A DNA stretch of 32,000 nt from Desulfobulbus propionicus DSM 2032 (GTDB taxonomy: Bacteria; Desulfobacterota; Desulfobulbia; Desulfobulbales; Desulfobulbaceae): the NCBI RefSeq assembly GCF_000186885.1, contig NC_014972.1, positions 3,210,001-3,242,000 of the forward strand, in the 5' to 3' direction. The position numbers and the translations under genes are program-made. Below are positions 18,118 to 25,920 of the stretch, in pieces (position 1 is the stretch's first letter; every line of letters starts with the position of its first letter). The notes under the pieces are model-generated. The model made no database searches. It was not told the origin of the DNA and worked only from the letters and a program-made list of their open reading frames with translations.

Positions 18118-19410
18118 ATGTCGGCCTTGCATCCCTCGAGCACTCCGTCGCTGGTTTTTGCGACACCCTCGGGCGAGATCGTGGATTACAGCGGCCTGCG
18201 CATGGCTGGCAGCGCCGCTGGACATTTTTACCAACCTCGACTCCATGAACTGATCGAACTTCCGGCCGGAAGCGAACTGTTTGCCCTTCCTGGACGGCAG
18301 CCTGTGGGCATTGAGCCTGTGGGCGGCGAACCCGCCCTGCTTGAGGTGAACCCCTACCAACCGAACGAACCCGTTCAGGCCGTTGCCGCCTTCATGGCTC
18401 CCGCCCACACCGCTCTCTATACCGCTGCTTTCGCGCGCCAGGCCGACGTTCCGCTCCTGCCACTCTTTGCCTACACGGCCGTGGGCTGGGCAGAGGGAAA
18501 ATTCTGGGTTGCAGGCTTCCGCAGCGATGCCGATCGTCGTCAGGATATCGATCAATTCAACCAGCGACTGCTGGAACAACGAACCCGCAAGCAGCTCAAA
18601 CGACATGGCGGCAACCGCCTCGTTCAGCACCTCGGCAAATGCTGCCTGACTTACGGCTGCCCAGCGGCACGCAACTATTTTCTCGGGCGCTGGGAAGCCC
18701 CCCTTCCCTGCTCCCCGGTTTGCAATGCTGCTTGCGCGGGGTGCATTTCCCTCCAACCTTCCGGATGCTGCCCTTCTACCCAAGATCGAATCACCTTTGT
18801 CCCCACCGAACGAGAAATTGCCGAAGTGGCCATCGAGCATTTGCAAACCGCGCCCTTGCCCATCGTCAGTTTCGGGCAGGGATGCGAGGGCGAACCGCTG
18901 CTTCAGGCCCGGGTTATGGAAAAAAGCATCCGCCTCATTCGCTCGCAAACGACACGAGGCACCATCAACCTCAACACCAACGGCAGTCTCCCCGAGGCTG
19001 TCGAACGCCTGGCAAAGGCCGGTTTGGATTCAATCCGTATTTCCCTGAACAGCGCTCAGGCAAAAAAACACCAGCTTTATTATCGTCCCAAGGGGTTCAC
19101 CTTTGCAGATGTTTGTCGCTCCATCTCAGTGATGAAGCGCCATGGGCGGCACGTCTCGCTCAATTATTTCATCCTCCCGGGTTGCACCGACGACCTTGTC
19201 GAATTCGAAGCCCTGAGCGCTCTTATCGCTGAATTCCGGCCCGACTACATCCAATTACGCAACCTCAACATGGACCCCGAATATTATCTCCGGGTAATTG
19301 ACCATTCGGCAACCGCCCCCCCTCTCGGCATCCTCGCCTGGCTCGAACGGCTCAAAATCAAATTCCCCTTCCTGGGATTTGGCTATTACAATCCGCCCCT
19401 GCATCGCTGA
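18118..19410 (+). CDS. Radical SAM domain protein with an uncharacterised ~190-aa N-terminal extension
   Basis: CNAACAGC (CX3CX2C) followed by SFGQGCEGEPLL, NLNTNG, RISLNS and YFILPG, typical of a radical SAM TIM-barrel core. There are extra Cys pairs (GKCCLTYGC, SGCCPS). No SPASM-type C-terminal domain is apparent. Confidence 0.8.
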   Translation: MSALHPSSTPSLVFATPSGEIVDYSGLRMAGSAAGHFYQPRLHELIELPAGSELFALPGRQPVGIEPVGGEPALLEVNPYQPNEPVQAVAAFMAPAHTALYTAAFARQADVPLLPLFAYTAVGWAEGKFWVAGFRSDADRRQDIDQFNQRLLEQRTRKQLKRHGGNRLVQHLGKCCLTYGCPAARNYFLGRWEAPLPCSPVCNAACAGCISLQPSGCCPSTQDRITFVPTEREIAEVAIEHLQTAPLPIVSFGQGCEGEPLLQARVMEKSIRLIRSQTTRGTINLNTNGSLPEAVERLAKAGLDSIRISLNSAQAKKHQLYYRPKGFTFADVCRSISVMKRHGRHVSLNYFILPGCTDDLVEFEALSALIAEFRPDYIQLRNLNMDPEYYLRVIDHSATAPPLGILAWLERLKIKFPFLGFGYYNPPLHR

Positions 19411-20401
19411 CCCACCATTTCCCATTGTCCTCGGCACACGGGTCGCACGCCGCAAAAAACGCACTTGCCCGCGAGCACGCCTCGGCGAATGATCGACTGG
19501 ACTGTACCCCCATGGCCAGCTGGTGACCAAAAAAATAGTTGGTGGCAAAATGATGGGTGAACTCCTTGAGTCGTCCCAGGCGTCGCTCCGGCGAGAAACG
19601 CTCAACCAGTGCCGTGGCAAACCCTTGGTACAGCTGTGGCAAGCAGATGTGCGGCTCGGTGCAATCCACCGCGTAGAGGGCTCGGGCAAGCACGGCGAAA
19701 ATCCAGGGCGATCGTGCCGCAGCCCGTCCGATCATCAGGCCATCGGCCCCGCTTTGTTCCAAGCAGGTGCGTGCGCTGGCGATCGAATCGATCCCGCCGT
19801 TGGCAACGACCGGAATATCGATCCACCGCTTCACGTTGGCGACCCACTCCCAGCGGGGCCGCCGGGCGAAGGATTCACCGCGTAAGCGCGCATGGACGGT
19901 GATCATGTCCACGCCTTCCCCCTCAAGCATTCGGCAAAAATCACGAAGCTTAGCCGCATCCAGCGTCTCTCCGAGCCGGATCTTGGCGGTCAAGGGCAGG
20001 GACGTGTGTTGGCGAGCGCTGGCAACAAGCCGCCGTACCCGTGCGGGATCCTCCATCAGCCGACTTCCCCCCCCGGACCTGCGGATCTGCGGAGCCGGGC
20101 AGCCAAGATTCAGATCGATGACATCCGCCCCGAGACGATGCAGGGCGGCAAAAGCCGGAGCGATATGCTTTTCGTCAGTTAACATCAGCTGATGGGAAAG
20201 GGGAGACTCCTTGGTCGTCCTGAACAGATACGGCGAGTGGTCTACGCTTTCCGCCGGCAGTCGCGCAGCTGAGAGCATTTCCGTGCTCAGCAGCCCTACC
20301 CCGCCGAAATGGAGCAGCGTTGTCCGTAGCGCCGAATGGGTGAGACCGGCCATGGGTGCCAGCAAAAGCGGCGGCCAAATTGTTTGCGAGCCGACCTTCA
20401 T
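19358..20401 (-). CDS. tRNA-dihydrouridine synthase (Dus family)
   Basis: Motifs: LLLAPMAGLTHSALR, DLNLGCPA, LTAKIRLG, ITVHARL, VVANGGI, DGLMIGRAA. I chose ATG 20401; a GTG at 20440 is the alternative. The 3' end overlaps the radical SAM gene convergently. Confidence 0.85.
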   Translation of the reverse strand: MKVGSQTIWPPLLLAPMAGLTHSALRTTLLHFGGVGLLSTEMLSAARLPAESVDHSPYLFRTTKESPLSHQLMLTDEKHIAPAFAALHRLGADVIDLNLGCPAPQIRRSGGGSRLMEDPARVRRLVASARQHTSLPLTAKIRLGETLDAAKLRDFCRMLEGEGVDMITVHARLRGESFARRPRWEWVANVKRWIDIPVVANGGIDSIASARTCLEQSGADGLMIGRAAARSPWIFAVLARALYAVDCTEPHICLPQLYQGFATALVERFSPERRLGRLKEFTHHFATNYFFGHQLAMGVQSSRSFAEACSRASAFFAACDPCAEDNGKWWVSDAGADCNSQIPGRGI

Positions 20402-20479
20402 CGTCTTCCATCCATGATGCGCGCTGGCCGCATCAACCACTTCTTTCTTGACATAAAAACATCGAACGTGGTAGTTGAG

Positions 20480-20498
20480 GATAATTATTATTTAATCT
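20480..20498. promoter_or_regulatory. Fur-box-like AT-rich operator candidate in the dus/fur divergent region
   Basis: GATAATTATTATTTAATCT contains two good NAT(A/T)AT hexamers (GATAAT, TATTAT) and matches about 10/19 positions of the classical GATAATGATAATCATTATC. It lies 15-30 nt upstream of the fur-family start and overlaps plausible -10 hexamers. Confidence 0.35.
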
Positions 20499-20512
20499 TG
20501 CTGTCACTTTCA

Positions 20513-20944
20513 ATGATAGAGCAGACCATGAACGCACCCGCACCAATGATCAGATTGACCACGCAACGTCAGGTCATTCTGGAGGAATTGTCAAAAGTAA
20601 AAACCCACCCCACCGCCAGCGAGCTGTACGATATGGTTCGCCGTCGCTTGCCCCGTATCGGGCTGGGAACCGTGTATCGCAATCTGGAATTGATGGCCGA
20701 TAGCGGCATGATTCTCAAGCTCGAGGTTGGCGGCACGCAAAAACGATTTGATGCCACCACCGAGGAGCATTATCACATCCGCTGCTCTGTCTGCGGCAGG
20801 GTGGACGACATTGAGGTCCCGGTCATCCAGGAGCTGGTTGCCCAAGCCGCCAATGCCACATCCTACCGCATTCTTGGCCACCATGTCGAATTTAGCGGTA
20901 TTTGCAGTTCCTGCCAACAGCAGCGCGCTGCCTCGGCCCGCTAA
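20513..20944 (+). CDS. fur: Fur-family metalloregulator (Fur/Zur/PerR subtype not resolved)
   Basis: R.T.QRQVILEEL....HPTASELYDMV......IGLGTVYRNLE (winged helix), then HYH..C..CGRV.D...... and a C-terminal C..C. Start at ATG 20513 or 20528; the track's 20336 start is an upstream extension with no family support. Confidence 0.8.
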   Translation: MIEQTMNAPAPMIRLTTQRQVILEELSKVKTHPTASELYDMVRRRLPRIGLGTVYRNLELMADSGMILKLEVGGTQKRFDATTEEHYHIRCSVCGRVDDIEVPVIQELVAQAANATSYRILGHHVEFSGICSSCQQQRAASAR

Positions 20945-20983
20945 GGCCTTGTTCGCTTCCTCTGGGTCCCTTACATAAAGGAC

Positions 20984-21016
20984 AAAGAGCGGGTCCCTGT
21001 CGGGAACCCGCTCTTT
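20984..21016. terminator. Bidirectional Rho-independent terminator between the convergent fur and tyrS genes
   Basis: aaagagcgggtccc / gggaacccgctcttt forms a stem of about 14 bp with one bulge and a 4-nt loop. It has an A-run on the 5' side and ctctttgatttt on the 3' side. Confidence 0.8.
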
Positions 21017-21042
21017 GATTTTCCGCCTGTTGGCCGTTCGGT

Positions 21043-22257
21043 TCAAGAAAAACTGACCCGGCAGAACCGCCGCTTGCCAACTTTCAGCAAAATCTCTCCC
21101 TTGGTTGGAACAACAGCGTTGATATCGCTGATTTTTTCTCCTTCAATGGTCACCGCATGTTGCTGAATCATGCGCCGCCCATCCGAGGTTGATTTGACCA
21201 ACCCCGCATCCAGCAGCAGTTTCGGCACCCAAATCTCCGCTTCCGCAACGGCGAGCCGTACCTCTTCAATGTCTTCTGGCAATTCATGACGGGCGAAAAC
21301 CTGCTCAAAATTGCGTTCAGCGTTTTCAGCCGCTTCCCGATCATGAAAACGGGTCACCATTTCCTTGGCCAACTGCACCTTGACCGCTTTGGGATGAAGC
21401 TCACCGCGGGCTATCTTGGTCTTGAGCGCTTGGATTTCCTCCAGGGACAGATCACTGAGCAGCTCATAGTAACGAAACATCAAATCGTCGCTGATCGACA
21501 TAATCTTGCCGAAGATACTGTCCGGCGGCTCGGAGATGCCGATATAGTTGCCCAACGACTTACTCATCTTGTTGACGCCGTCCAATCCTTCAAGCAGGGG
21601 CATGGTCAGCACCACTTGGGGCTCCTGTCCACGACTGCGCTGTAGATCGCGGCCCATCAACACATTGAACAACTGATCGGTGCCACCCAATTCAACATCG
21701 GCCTTCATGGCCACCGAATCATATCCCTGGATAAGGGGGTAGAGGAATTCGTGGATCGAAATGGGCCGATTGGATTCAAACCGTTTTTTGAAATCATCCC
21801 GTTCCAGCATGCGGGCGACCGTCAACTCGGAGGCGAGGCGAATCATCTCGTACGAGCTAAGTTGTCCCAGCCAGGTGGAGTTGAACACCACCTTTGTCTT
21901 TTGCGGATCGAGGATCTTGAACACCTGCTCCTTGTAGGTTTCGGCGTTGCGTTTCACATCCTCGGGAGTCAATGGTGGCCTGGTGTCAGATTTACCGGTT
22001 GGATCACCGATCAGACCGGTGAAATCTCCGATCAAGAAATTGACTTCGTGACCCAACAATTGAAAATGACGTAATTTTTGCAACAAAACCGTGTGTCCCA
22101 AATGCAGATCCGGAGCGGTGGGGTCAAACCCGGCCTTAACAATCAACGGCTTGCCAGTCTCCAGCGAACGGGTCAGTTTCTTGACCAGATCCTCTCTGGA
22201 GTGAAAATCAACGGCGCCCCGTTCAATCAGGGCGATCTGCTCTTCTACAGATTTCAT
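21043..22257 (-). CDS. tyrS: Tyrosine--tRNA ligase (TyrS, with C-terminal S4-like domain)
   Basis: [13 protein letters not shown] (HIGH motif), [21 protein letters not shown] (KMSKS motif), and a C-terminal S4-like domain. SD GGAGAGAGG lies between the rny stop and the tyrS ATG, a 9-nt gap. Confidence 0.92.
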   Translation of the reverse strand: MKSVEEQIALIERGAVDFHSREDLVKKLTRSLETGKPLIVKAGFDPTAPDLHLGHTVLLQKLRHFQLLGHEVNFLIGDFTGLIGDPTGKSDTRPPLTPEDVKRNAETYKEQVFKILDPQKTKVVFNSTWLGQLSSYEMIRLASELTVARMLERDDFKKRFESNRPISIHEFLYPLIQGYDSVAMKADVELGGTDQLFNVLMGRDLQRSRGQEPQVVLTMPLLEGLDGVNKMSKSLGNYIGISEPPDSIFGKIMSISDDLMFRYYELLSDLSLEEIQALKTKIARGELHPKAVKVQLAKEMVTRFHDREAAENAERNFEQVFARHELPEDIEEVRLAVAEAEIWVPKLLLDAGLVKSTSDGRRMIQQHAVTIEGEKISDINAVVPTKGEILLKVGKRRFCRVSFS

Positions 22258-22266
22258 CCTCTCTCC

Positions 22267-23832
22267 CTATTTGGCGTATTCTACCGCTCTGGTTTCACGG
22301 ATCACCGTAACCCGAATCTGTCCTGGATAGGTCAATTGTTCTTCGATCGCCTTGGCGATGTCACGGCTGAGCAAGGCGGCTTCTTCATCCTTGACCTTCT
22401 GGCTGTCGACAATGATCCGCAAATCCCGTCCTGCCTGAATGGCATAGGATTTATCCACTCCGGCAAATCCATTGGCTATATTTTCAAGATCCTCAAGTCG
22501 CTTAACATAACTTTGCAACATCTCCTTGCGCGCACCGGGCCGCGCTCCGGACAAGGCATCCGCCGACTGGACGAGCACGTCAAGAACCGACTTGGGTGGC
22601 TGATCCTCGTGATGTGCGCCAATCGCATAGACAATGTCGTCAGCCTCGCCGTATTTTTTCGCCAGATCCCGGCCAATAATCGCGTGCGATCCCTCCACCT
22701 CATGGTCCACGGCCTTGCCGATATCATGGAGCAGTCCAGCTCGTTTCGCTTTTTTGACGTCCAGACCGAGTTCTGCGGCCATGACTCCACAGAGGAAAGC
22801 CACCTCGAGAGAATGCTGCAGGATATTCTGTCCGTAGCTCGTGCGATATTTCAGCCGACCGATGAGGTTAATCAAATCAACATGCATCCCATGCGCGCCG
22901 ACGTCAAAGGTGGCCTGTTCACCCGATTCCCGGATGCCGACCTCCAGATCTTCCGCCACTTTTTGCACGACCTCCTCGATGCGTGCCGGGTGGATTCGGC
23001 CATCGGAGATAAGTTGCTCCAGGGCAAGCCGTGCAACTTCCCGCCGAATGGGATTGAACCCTGACAGAATAACCGCCTCCGGAGTGTCGTCAATGATGAT
23101 ATCAATCCCGGTCGCGGCTTCAATTGCGCGGATATTCCGCCCTTCTCTGCCGATGATCCGGCCTTTCATCTCCTCGTTCGGCAGCGGCACCATGGAGACG
23201 GTTTTATCGGCGACATAGTCACCTGCATAGCGGGCAATAGCCAAGGCAAGGATATTCTTCCCTTTGCGGTCGGCTTCCATCTTCATTTCGTTTTCTATGC
23301 GCAGCAATCGTTTCGCGCAATCCATCCGTGCTTCGCTTTCGATGGACTGCATCAATTGAACCTTTGCTTCCTCGCGATCAATGCCGGCTATTTTTTCCAG
23401 TTTATAGCGCTGTTCGTCCACCAGACTTTCAAGCTGTTGCTTCTTGGCGGCCACGTCCTCCTCATTGGTCTCCAGTTGCTCCTCACGGTATTTCAGACTG
23501 GCCTGTTTTTCCTCCAGAATTTGAAATTCTCGCTGGATCTCGTCGAATTTGCGATTGAGTCGACGTTGATCGTCCTTGAGTTCTTGCCGACTGGCCTTTA
23601 ATTCGCGGTCCGCTTCCTGCTTGATCTGAAACGCCTCTTCCTTCGCCTGCAGAATAGCCTCTTTTTTTATCTGCTCCGCTTCGCTGATTGAATTTTCAAT
23701 GATTTGACGGCCTTGCAACTCGATATTTTTTTGATTCCCCTCCACAAGCCGTTTCCGCAAAAAAACACCGAGCGCCAAACCAGCCACCAAATTGGTCAGC
23801 GCCAACAGCAATGTGACAGCATTCAATTCCAT
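22267..23832 (-). CDS. rny: Ribonuclease Y
   Basis: N-terminal TM helix, a long E/K/Q coiled coil, a KH domain ([26 protein letters not shown]), and an HD domain ([10 protein letters not shown]...[10 protein letters not shown]...HHE). Confidence 0.92.
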   Translation of the reverse strand: MELNAVTLLLALTNLVAGLALGVFLRKRLVEGNQKNIELQGRQIIENSISEAEQIKKEAILQAKEEAFQIKQEADRELKASRQELKDDQRRLNRKFDEIQREFQILEEKQASLKYREEQLETNEEDVAAKKQQLESLVDEQRYKLEKIAGIDREEAKVQLMQSIESEARMDCAKRLLRIENEMKMEADRKGKNILALAIARYAGDYVADKTVSMVPLPNEEMKGRIIGREGRNIRAIEAATGIDIIIDDTPEAVILSGFNPIRREVARLALEQLISDGRIHPARIEEVVQKVAEDLEVGIRESGEQATFDVGAHGMHVDLINLIGRLKYRTSYGQNILQHSLEVAFLCGVMAAELGLDVKKAKRAGLLHDIGKAVDHEVEGSHAIIGRDLAKKYGEADDIVYAIGAHHEDQPPKSVLDVLVQSADALSGARPGARKEMLQSYVKRLEDLENIANGFAGVDKSYAIQAGRDLRIIVDSQKVKDEEAALLSRDIAKAIEEQLTYPGQIRVTVIRETRAVEYAK

Positions 23833-24244
23833 AAACCGTACCCACCCTATCTATCTAAGAAAGCCGTTACCCTCCGATTTTTTCGGCTGGAGACGGCAGC
23901 ACAATACCTGAGAAAGGGAAAAAGGAGGCGTGGGAAGGAAATGCGGCCCGATTGGCCGCTAGGCCCAACAGAAATGCTGTTAGAACAACAGCAACGGAGA
24001 TGTTCTGGATGTCAGCTTCTATCCAGCAAGCATACCCCGGTGGTCTTCAGCCTGAAGAAAAGCAAGAAACAAATCCGAATCACTTCCAGTGTGTCATCAG
24101 ATTCTTCTTGGTAAACAGCCTGGATAGCGGGTTACTTATATATAGTAACCCTGATCGCATCAGGGTTGTCTTTCTATCACTGGACCAACAATGTCCGTTA
24201 TCGCCCACGCAACCATCCTCTTTCTTCGTTGAAAATGGCACAAT

Positions 24245-24267
24245 ATAAAAAAGCGGCTTAACCCGCT
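24245..24267 (-). terminator. Rho-independent terminator downstream of the zapA/6S-like region
   Basis: Minus strand: AGCGG-gttaag-CCGCT followed by TTTTTTATATT. The stem is short (5 bp) but GC-rich, with a clear T tract. Confidence 0.5.
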
Positions 24268-24319
24268 GGCAATAAAAGCCCCCCGCGCTGCCGTGTCAAC
24301 GAAATGATTAAACCTAATT

Positions 24320-24500
24320 AGATTAGGTGGGCAGTGCCCCTCCTACCGTCTGGGAGTCAATAAAGATTTCCATCATGCAGGATTAAGGCTACCCTTATCA
24401 TACGAGTTGGCTCAATACTTCGCTGATCACCAACAGAGCAGGGGTACTTCGTTTTAGCGCTTCCACTATACCAGAAGCCCTGTATCCACCAAACTAGAAT
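24320..24500 (-). ncRNA. ssrS: Candidate 6S RNA (ssrS-like); boundaries approximate
   Basis: The noncoding stretch immediately 3' of zapA reproduces the zapA-ssrS synteny known from E. coli. On the minus strand, and in the same order as in E. coli 6S as I remember it: CCCCUG (24439..24444), GUUGGUGA (24427..24434), and AGCCUUAAUCCUGC (24377..24390; E. coli has AGCCUUAAAACUGC). The ends are complementary: GGUGG (24486..24490) with CCACC (24326..24330), and GUACCCCU with AGGGGCAC. I could not build a fully convincing 6S fold by hand. Confidence 0.42.
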
Positions 24501-24511
24501 CTGAAAATTGA

Positions 24512-24799
24512 TTAGTCGAGAGTTGACGACAACTTGTCGATCAGTTGCGCAACTGTTCGGTCCTGCGCCTGGCGATACTCGCTATACTCTCGCTTTAATT
24601 GAACATATTTCGCAGCCATCCGCAAACAGCCCAATACTAGCATCTTACTGGACGGCACCGAACTTTTGCTTACCTTCTCATTGCTTTCAAGTTCATCCCG
24701 GAGCAGGGTAATGACCGATGCCACTTCTTCCTCGGAGGCGTCACTATAAAACGTAAACTCCTGGCCGAACAGATTGAAACGAACAAGACGATCCTGCAT
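24512..24799 (-). CDS. zapA: Cell division protein ZapA
   Basis: 95 aa. V.F.LFGQEFTF.SD.SEE.V......L..EL, followed by a helical C-terminal half, matches the ZapA family size and pattern. It sits directly downstream of a ZapB-like coiled-coil gene. Confidence 0.7.
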   Translation of the reverse strand: MQDRLVRFNLFGQEFTFYSDASEEEVASVITLLRDELESNEKVSKSSVPSSKMLVLGCLRMAAKYVQLKREYSEYRQAQDRTVAQLIDKLSSTLD

Positions 24800-24816
24800 G
24801 AGCGTTACATGTGAGG

Positions 24817-25134
24817 TTAGATCGTCTTGTTGTCCGCATCATTTGAGAACAACGACCCTTGGGAACTCGCCGAGCTATCGCTCCTGTCAACCGAGGCACC
24901 CATCTGTTCATTCTCCCACTGCTCAATACGATCCAGCAGGCCTGAGACCCGATTGCTGACTTCTGTTCGTTCGGAACTCAAATTAAATACGTTATTTTTA
25001 AGCTCCGCGCATTCCGCGTCACGCTGCCGCAACGTTTCTTGAAGCATCTGATAATCGGATTTCAATTGATTGTATTTCGTCAACAGTTTATCGACAAACT
25101 CCTCCAGGCGAATCAATTCCACATTGCTTTCCAT
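24817..25134 (-). CDS. zapB: ZapB-like coiled-coil cell-division protein
   Basis: 105 aa. The heptad-rich segment LEEFVDKLLTKYNQLKSDYQMLQETLRQRDAECAELKNNV is followed by a Ser-rich tail. SD AAGAGGA lies 7 nt before ATG 25134. The assignment rests mainly on size, coiled-coil character and linkage to zapA. Confidence 0.55.
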   Translation of the reverse strand: MESNVELIRLEEFVDKLLTKYNQLKSDYQMLQETLRQRDAECAELKNNVFNLSSERTEVSNRVSGLLDRIEQWENEQMGASVDRSDSSASSQGSLFSNDADNKTI

Positions 25135-25217
25135 GACACATCCTCTTGATTTCAAGTTGCCGAAAAGGTTGAAAAACCATAACCTTCCGAAATTATGCAA
25201 GAACTAACTGGTGGATA

Positions 25218-25246
25218 ACTATACAGATCCAACCTCTCGAACGCAA
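25218..25246 (-). promoter_or_regulatory. Candidate sigma70 promoter for zapB-zapA (and the downstream 6S-like RNA)
   Basis: Minus strand: TTGCGT (25246..25241), a 17-nt spacer, then TATAGT (25223..25218), about 80 nt upstream of the zapB-like ATG. This is a pattern match only. Confidence 0.45.
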
Positions 25247-25294
25247 GAACTTTGCATGGGCGATCAACTCAACCCCACTTTCAGCCTGCCACCG

Positions 25295-25780
25295 CTATAT
25301 CCTGCTGAATTTCCATGAAAGAGGCCGTCCATTTGCATACGGCATGTAGCCATGAAAGACTCGTGGATCATGATCAAACACCAAGGGAAGGAAATATCGA
25401 TCTCCCTCCCACATTGGCAGATGGGCAAGTTCGGCGACCAGGTGCCAGTTCAGCTCGCCCTCCTCGTTGCGGCTCTTGAGCGTGCCCGTGAACGAAGTAA
25501 TCAGAAAAACAAAACCCAGCCAATTTTCCCCTTCCGGGCCAAAGCCCGTCCAGTTGATCGTGCCACGTAACTGCAATTGGGTACACACCAACCCGGCCTC
25601 TTCATATATCTCCCGCTTCATGCAGGTAACCACGTCTTCGTTGGGCAACATTTTCCCTCCAAGACCATTGTATTTACCGAGGTGCTGGTCAGAGGCGCGA
25701 GCGTTTCGGTGGACAAGCAAGGTTCGCAGTCCATCGGGGGACAGGATATAGCCAAGCGTACCAATGATGGGCATGTACAT
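25295..25780 (-). CDS. NUDIX hydrolase (MutT/8-oxo-dGTPase-like)
   Basis: Nudix box GGKMLPNEDVVTCMKREIYEEAGL (GX5EX7REUXEEXGU). At 161 aa the size is typical. Confidence 0.85.
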   Translation of the reverse strand: MYMPIIGTLGYILSPDGLRTLLVHRNARASDQHLGKYNGLGGKMLPNEDVVTCMKREIYEEAGLVCTQLQLRGTINWTGFGPEGENWLGFVFLITSFTGTLKSRNEEGELNWHLVAELAHLPMWEGDRYFLPLVFDHDPRVFHGYMPYANGRPLSWKFSRI

Positions 25781-25920
25781 ATCTTATCCTTTCAACCAAA
25801 CAACACACTGTTATTAAAGACAAAAGTCAAATTCATAACTTTATCGCCTGACGATGTGGAATATGATATAGTTTTTTTATTTTGTAGTATTGCTCTCCCG
25901 TACCCTCATTACCTGGCACG

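Noticed and set aside
18064-18948. 294-aa minus-strand ORF and several plus-strand out-of-frame ORFs (18383.., 18639.., 18725..) within the radical SAM gene
   Set aside because: Only the 18118..19410 frame carries the CX3CX2C and GGEPLL-type motifs. The others are shadow frames.
22078-23064. 328-aa plus-strand ORF opposite tyrS and rny
   Set aside because: It crosses the antisense of two genes, including their intergenic SD, and has no family resemblance.
23704-24248. Plus-strand ORFs of 136 and 98 aa in the rny leader region
   Set aside because: They have no SD, odd composition and no motif. One overlaps the rny start on the opposite strand. I treat the region as noncoding leader or regulatory RNA.
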